DNA from: an uncultured bacterium
GTDB lineage: Bacteria > Acidobacteriota > HRBIN11 > JAKEFK01
Direction of reading: 5' to 3'
Length of the DNA stretch: 64,000 nt
NCBI GenBank assembly: GCA_963777505.1
Contig: CAVZQN010000003.1
Location: 96,001-160,000 of the forward strand
Both the position numbers and the translations under genes were made by a program. Shown piece after piece: positions 60,124 to 64,000 of this stretch; the first letter of the stretch is position 1, and every line of letters begins with the position of its first letter. The notes beneath the pieces are model-generated. The model was not told where the DNA came from, did no database searches, and saw nothing but the letters and a program-made list of their open reading frames with translations.

Positions 60124-60678
60124 TTAAGAGGCGGCACAATCAGGATTCACATCACTGTCTTGTTCGAAGATTTCTTCCAATGATCTTCCCGATTTTGCTG
60201 AATCCGGATTTTCTTCGACAAAGTCGATCTCGCGATCTGCAAATTCATCTCTGTCTTTCACAAGCAGCCATGCGTTTCCACGGCCTTTCATGTGAATCAA
60301 TCCCCAACGTCCTTTTGTTTTTTTTCCTTTTAAAACAAACTTTAAGGCTCCTAGTTTGAACGCTTGTTCCGGCGATTCAGGAGGCTTCTCTTTTTTTGAA
60401 CGCCCTTCAGGGATGAATTCATATTCGCCGTAATCCCACAACATCACTGGACCGGCGCCGTAATTTCCGGGAGGAATCACGCCTTCAAAAGGTCCATATT
60501 CCATTGCATGATCTGTTACAAGCATCGCTAATCGTTTATCGGCAGGATTGAGTGAAGGACCTTTTGGAATTGCCCAGGATTTTAATACGCCATCGATTTC
60601 TAATCGAAAGTCGTAGTGCAAATTGCGTCCTTTATGTTTTTGAATATAAAACTTTCGACGACGCTTTTTACTTTTCAA
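60124..60678 (-). CDS. Stand-alone LigD 3'-phosphoesterase domain protein
   Basis: QKH...LHYDFRLE..GVLKSWAIPKGPS...DH..EY..FEG.IP.GNYGAG.V..WD.G. Confidence 0.9.
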   Translation of the reverse strand: MKSKKRRRKFYIQKHKGRNLHYDFRLEIDGVLKSWAIPKGPSLNPADKRLAMLVTDHAMEYGPFEGVIPPGNYGAGPVMLWDYGEYEFIPEGRSKKEKPPESPEQAFKLGALKFVLKGKKTKGRWGLIHMKGRGNAWLLVKDRDEFADREIDFVEENPDSAKSGRSLEEIFEQDSDVNPDCAAS

Positions 60679-61633
60679 TTCTTTGCGTCTTTGTGGTTAC
60701 AAGTTCCGGTGGAAGAGCAAAGTGAACATCTTCTTCAACTGTTATGAGCGGCTGAATTTCAGTAAATCCAAAATCGTGCAAGTGATTCATTACTTTCGCA
60801 ACAAGTAATTCAGGAGAAGACGCCCCTGCAGTAATGCCAACACTCTGAACATTTTCCAGCCATTCAGGTTGAATTGCTTCCGCATCATCTACAAGATAGG
60901 CTCTGGTTCCCGATTTTTCAGAAACTTCAACCAGTCTGTTCGAATTGGAACTGTTCTTCGAACCGATGACAAGTACCAGATCAACATTTCCAGCAACCTG
61001 TTGAATTGCTACTTGACGATTTTGAGTTGCATAACAAATGTCATCAACTGCAGGCCCTTTGATTTTCGGAAATCGTTCGCGAAGACGATTTACGATTCCA
61101 CGTGTATCATCCAGACTCAAAGTTGTTTGGGTTAGAAATGCTAATTTTTCCGGATCCTTTGGTTCCAAACGATCGGCCTCTTCCACCGATCCGATCAATA
61201 CCATATTGTCTGGAGCTTCACCGAGTGTTCCAATTACTTCTTCGTGACCTTCATGTCCAATCAGAATAATTGTGTAACCCTCTTTCTTATATCGAATTGC
61301 TTCAAGATGCACTTTCGTAACCAGCGGACAAGTTGCATCAATTGCCATTAGTTGTCGTTTCGTCGCAATGTTTCGAATCTCAGGTGAGATGCCATGTGCG
61401 CTGAAAATTACACGCGAACCGGAAGGTACATCTTCTAAACTTTTTACAAACTTTACGCCCTTTGACCGGAGTTCATCTACCACGTAGCGGTTGTGAACGA
61501 TTTCATTGAGAACATAGATAGGACTACCGTACGCTTCGAGAGCCAGATTTACGATATCGATTGCCCGAACAACACCGGCGCAAAATCCACGTGGGGTTGC
61601 CAGAACGATACGCTTTCCCATTGTCTTTTCCAC
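60668..61633 (-). CDS. ispH: 4-hydroxy-3-methylbut-2-enyl diphosphate reductase
   Basis: PRGFCAGV, EIVHN, SAHG, DATCPLV, TQTT, DICYATQNRQ, SSNSNRL, TAGAS. Confidence 0.97.
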   Translation of the reverse strand: MEKTMGKRIVLATPRGFCAGVVRAIDIVNLALEAYGSPIYVLNEIVHNRYVVDELRSKGVKFVKSLEDVPSGSRVIFSAHGISPEIRNIATKRQLMAIDATCPLVTKVHLEAIRYKKEGYTIILIGHEGHEEVIGTLGEAPDNMVLIGSVEEADRLEPKDPEKLAFLTQTTLSLDDTRGIVNRLRERFPKIKGPAVDDICYATQNRQVAIQQVAGNVDLVLVIGSKNSSNSNRLVEVSEKSGTRAYLVDDAEAIQPEWLENVQSVGITAGASSPELLVAKVMNHLHDFGFTEIQPLITVEEDVHFALPPELVTTKTQRIEK

Positions 61634-61641
61634 GGAGCTAA

Positions 61642-62936
61642 TTATAGGTTGTTGCCTTCCTGTGTTCCAGTATAGGCTCTGGCTGCCTCGATCCCTTTTT
61701 TCTCGTTCACAAAAGAAATGCCGATGATGCCGGAAAGGAAAAAGAGTCCAGTGGAAATGATCGCTGTGCGCTGAGACCCGGTAGCACTCGAGATGTGTCC
61801 AAAAACAAAGGGGCCAATCGCCGTTGATAACTTCCAGAACAAGCCCCAGAACCCGAAAAATTCACCCGATTTTTGAACTGGCGAAAACATACCGACCATG
61901 GCTCTTGCAGCAGATTGACTCGAACCAAGGCCGAGGCCGGCTAAATTTCCAACAATATAAAACGAATTACGGCTCGTTGAAAAGTAAGCGCCGATCACAA
62001 CAACGAGCCAGATCATCAAGGTCATGTAAATTGTATTTTTTGCCCCAACCTTGTCTTGAATAAATCCGAAAATTAATGCTCCAAGTGATGAAGAAACTTG
62101 AGTGATGATAAAAAATTGAATTAACTCAAGCGGTGTCAGGCCGATTGTTTGATCCGCATAAATTGATGCGAAATAAACGACTGTTGTAACACCGCAGTTG
62201 TAAATTCCGAAAACAATCAGGAACTTAAAGAGTTCGCGAAATTTTCTGATCTGGATAAAAGTTTCACGGATTTGAGCAAAACCGGCGGTGAGATAGTTCA
62301 TTCCAGGCGGAAGGCTTGATTTCTTCTTGCGCTCATGAACCCATAAAAATGTAGGGATGCCAGCAAGAAGAAAAAGACTGCAACAATCAGGTTTACTCTT
62401 CGTAAATTTTCTGCATTCTCTAAAACGAAGCCACCTTTTAAAAATGGGAAACAACATAAGAGACAAAGTAATCCGCCAATATAACCAAAGCCCCAACCGA
62501 ACCCGGATATTTTTCCCATATCTTCTGGTTTTGCAATTTCAGGAAGGAAACTCGCAATCAAGTTTTCACCGGTTGAGTAAGCAAAATTTCCAATGATAAA
62601 AAGCATTAGCGCAAACCAGACAGCGCCAGGAACAGCAAAATAAAGAAGAGCCGTGAAGATTATGCAGGTGATGTAACTCAGAAAGAGGAACTGTTTCTTA
62701 CGAGAAGAATAATCGGCGATCGCTCCAACAAGTGGAGCAGTGAGCAACACAAGCGTTTGGCTGATTGCATTTCCAGTGCCCCAAAGTTTATCTCCAGCAC
62801 CACTTCCGCCTGCAACAATTTTTGTGAAATAAACACTGAACGCAATCGTAATAATCAGGGTTGTAAATGATGAATTCGCAAAATCAAAAAAACACCAGCC
62901 AAGAATCTCTCTTTTGTTGGGTAATCTTTTTAACAT
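61642..62936 (-). CDS. MFS transporter (UMF1/Atg22-like), split by a -1 frameshift in the T5 run at 62371-62375
   Basis: WCFFDFANSSF...ISGFGWGFGYIGG joins FLLAGIPTFLW...SQSAARAM...EFFGFW if one T is added. Confidence 0.85.
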
Positions 62937-62990
62937 AAGAATTTACGGAGCGCAGGCATTCCAGCCTGCATTTAGGCTCCGAATTTTTTA

Positions 62991-63764
62991 CTAATTCATA
63001 ATCGCAATGATTCTTACGGGTCCTCCTGTGCCATTTTCAATTTTCATTGGCAGTGCGACGATACTAGCACCTTTTTCAGGCAACTGATCCATGTTTGCAA
63101 CATTTTCCAAACCATAAATATTTGCAGCGTTTAATATTTGATGCGCAAGAAAATCTTTTGAATTTCCTGGATCCAGGCTTGCAGTATCAATTCCAACTCC
63201 TTTGACTTTTCTAGCTACTAACACTTCAGCAGCAGCTTTTGAAAAGCCTGGAAAATGCAAATTAGATGCATCGCCAGGTTTATCATCTCCCAAATATTTT
63301 TTTCGATCGGGCCAGAATTTTCCCCAGCCAGTCCGAATAAATACAATAGCTCCCTCAGTTAATCTACCGTTTTTCTTTTCCCATACTTCGATATCTTGAG
63401 CGGCAACCTGATAATCCGGATTTTTCGAACAGCTTGAACTGACATCAATTATAGAAACTGCACCGACGAATCGATTTGCAGGAATTTGATCGCTTGTCCA
63501 TGCTTTTTCAGCAAAATGGATCGGCGCATCCAGGTGAGTGCCACCATGTTCGCTAGCCGAATAATTTGCGCTTGTATACCAGAAACCTGCTTCCGATTTC
63601 CCCCAGGCTACTTTTTCATGTTGAAATCCCTTCGATGTTGGCCAGAAAATCGTTTTTTCACTGAATGCATAGGTAAGATCAAGAATTTTTTTCCCGCTGA
63701 ACAGATCATCAGCCGACAAAGCTGCTGCTGCAGCTATCAGGATAAAACAAATTGATATTCGCAT
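62991..63764 (-). CDS. Secreted cyclase-family (kynurenine formamidase-like) metallohydrolase
   Basis: EHGGTHLDAPIHF, RTGW, GIDTAS, LENV, GGPVR. Confidence 0.92.
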   Translation of the reverse strand: MRISICFILIAAAAALSADDLFSGKKILDLTYAFSEKTIFWPTSKGFQHEKVAWGKSEAGFWYTSANYSASEHGGTHLDAPIHFAEKAWTSDQIPANRFVGAVSIIDVSSSCSKNPDYQVAAQDIEVWEKKNGRLTEGAIVFIRTGWGKFWPDRKKYLGDDKPGDASNLHFPGFSKAAAEVLVARKVKGVGIDTASLDPGNSKDFLAHQILNAANIYGLENVANMDQLPEKGASIVALPMKIENGTGGPVRIIAIMN

Positions 63765-63777
63765 AGATTTCTCCGTA

Positions 63778-63803
63778 CGGGCGGGTCTAAGACCCGCCCC
63801 TAC
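63778..63803. repeat. GTAG-type REP
   Basis: GGGCGGGTCTAAGACCCGCCCCTAC; similar to 6367-6392. Confidence 0.75.
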
Positions 63804-64000
63804 TCAGTTTTTAATAATTTCTTAAGGTTTAGATTTCGGATCAAACGATGAAGATAATTCGGATGTACGCCAAGCTTTTTGGCTGCTTCTGTATAACTTC
63901 CACCGGCTTCTTGAAACGCTTTGAGGATGAGTTGTTTTTTGAGTTCGACAACAGCTTCCTGATATTTTCCTACAGCAATTCCCTGAGGGGGATCTTTTTC
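63800..64000 (-). CDS. C-terminus (Fis-type HTH) of a probable sigma54-dependent activator; 5' part lies outside the window
   Basis: Open frame EKDPPQG...[48 protein letters not shown]...TE*; the AAA+ domain is not visible. Confidence 0.7.
   Translation of the reverse strand, partial: EKDPPQGIAVGKYQEAVVELKKQLILKAFQEAGGSYTEAAKKLGVHPNYLHRLIRNLNLKKLLKTE

Noticed and set aside
14400-62375. Programmed ribosomal frameshifting or phase variation at the split genes
   Set aside because: Runs are short, lack slippery heptamer plus structure, and affect unrelated genes; assembly error is more parsimonious.

Overview
Gene-dense bacterial chromosome window, moderately AT-rich by eye. It is probably from an uncultured Acidobacteriota-like organism (inference from an ADOP-type permease, Oar-like TonB-dependent receptors and an acidobacterial-style Fis-HTH activator). 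It holds about 60 CDS, mostly secreted hydrolases and peptidases, transporters, GT-C membrane proteins and signalling genes, plus a free-standing tRNA-Ile/tRNA-Ala unit with its own promoter and no rRNA. No CRISPR array, phage or transposase is visible. The most notable structure is two paralogous modules of sigma54 promoter, TonB-dependent receptor, LytS kinase and LytTR regulator. Module 1 also carries a LytS pseudokinase (His->Asp) fused to an intact kinase, a second LytTR regulator with Asp->Glu at the phospho-site, and a secreted MsrA with a degenerate active site. Module 2 is bracketed by identical 45-bp direct repeats, one of which adjoins a 126-bp MITE/REPIN-like insert with a 6-bp duplication. 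Intergenic DNA is rich in several REP-like families. Six single-base frameshifts split five otherwise normal genes and are most likely assembly errors. All calls are by eye from sequence and motifs; no database searches were run.
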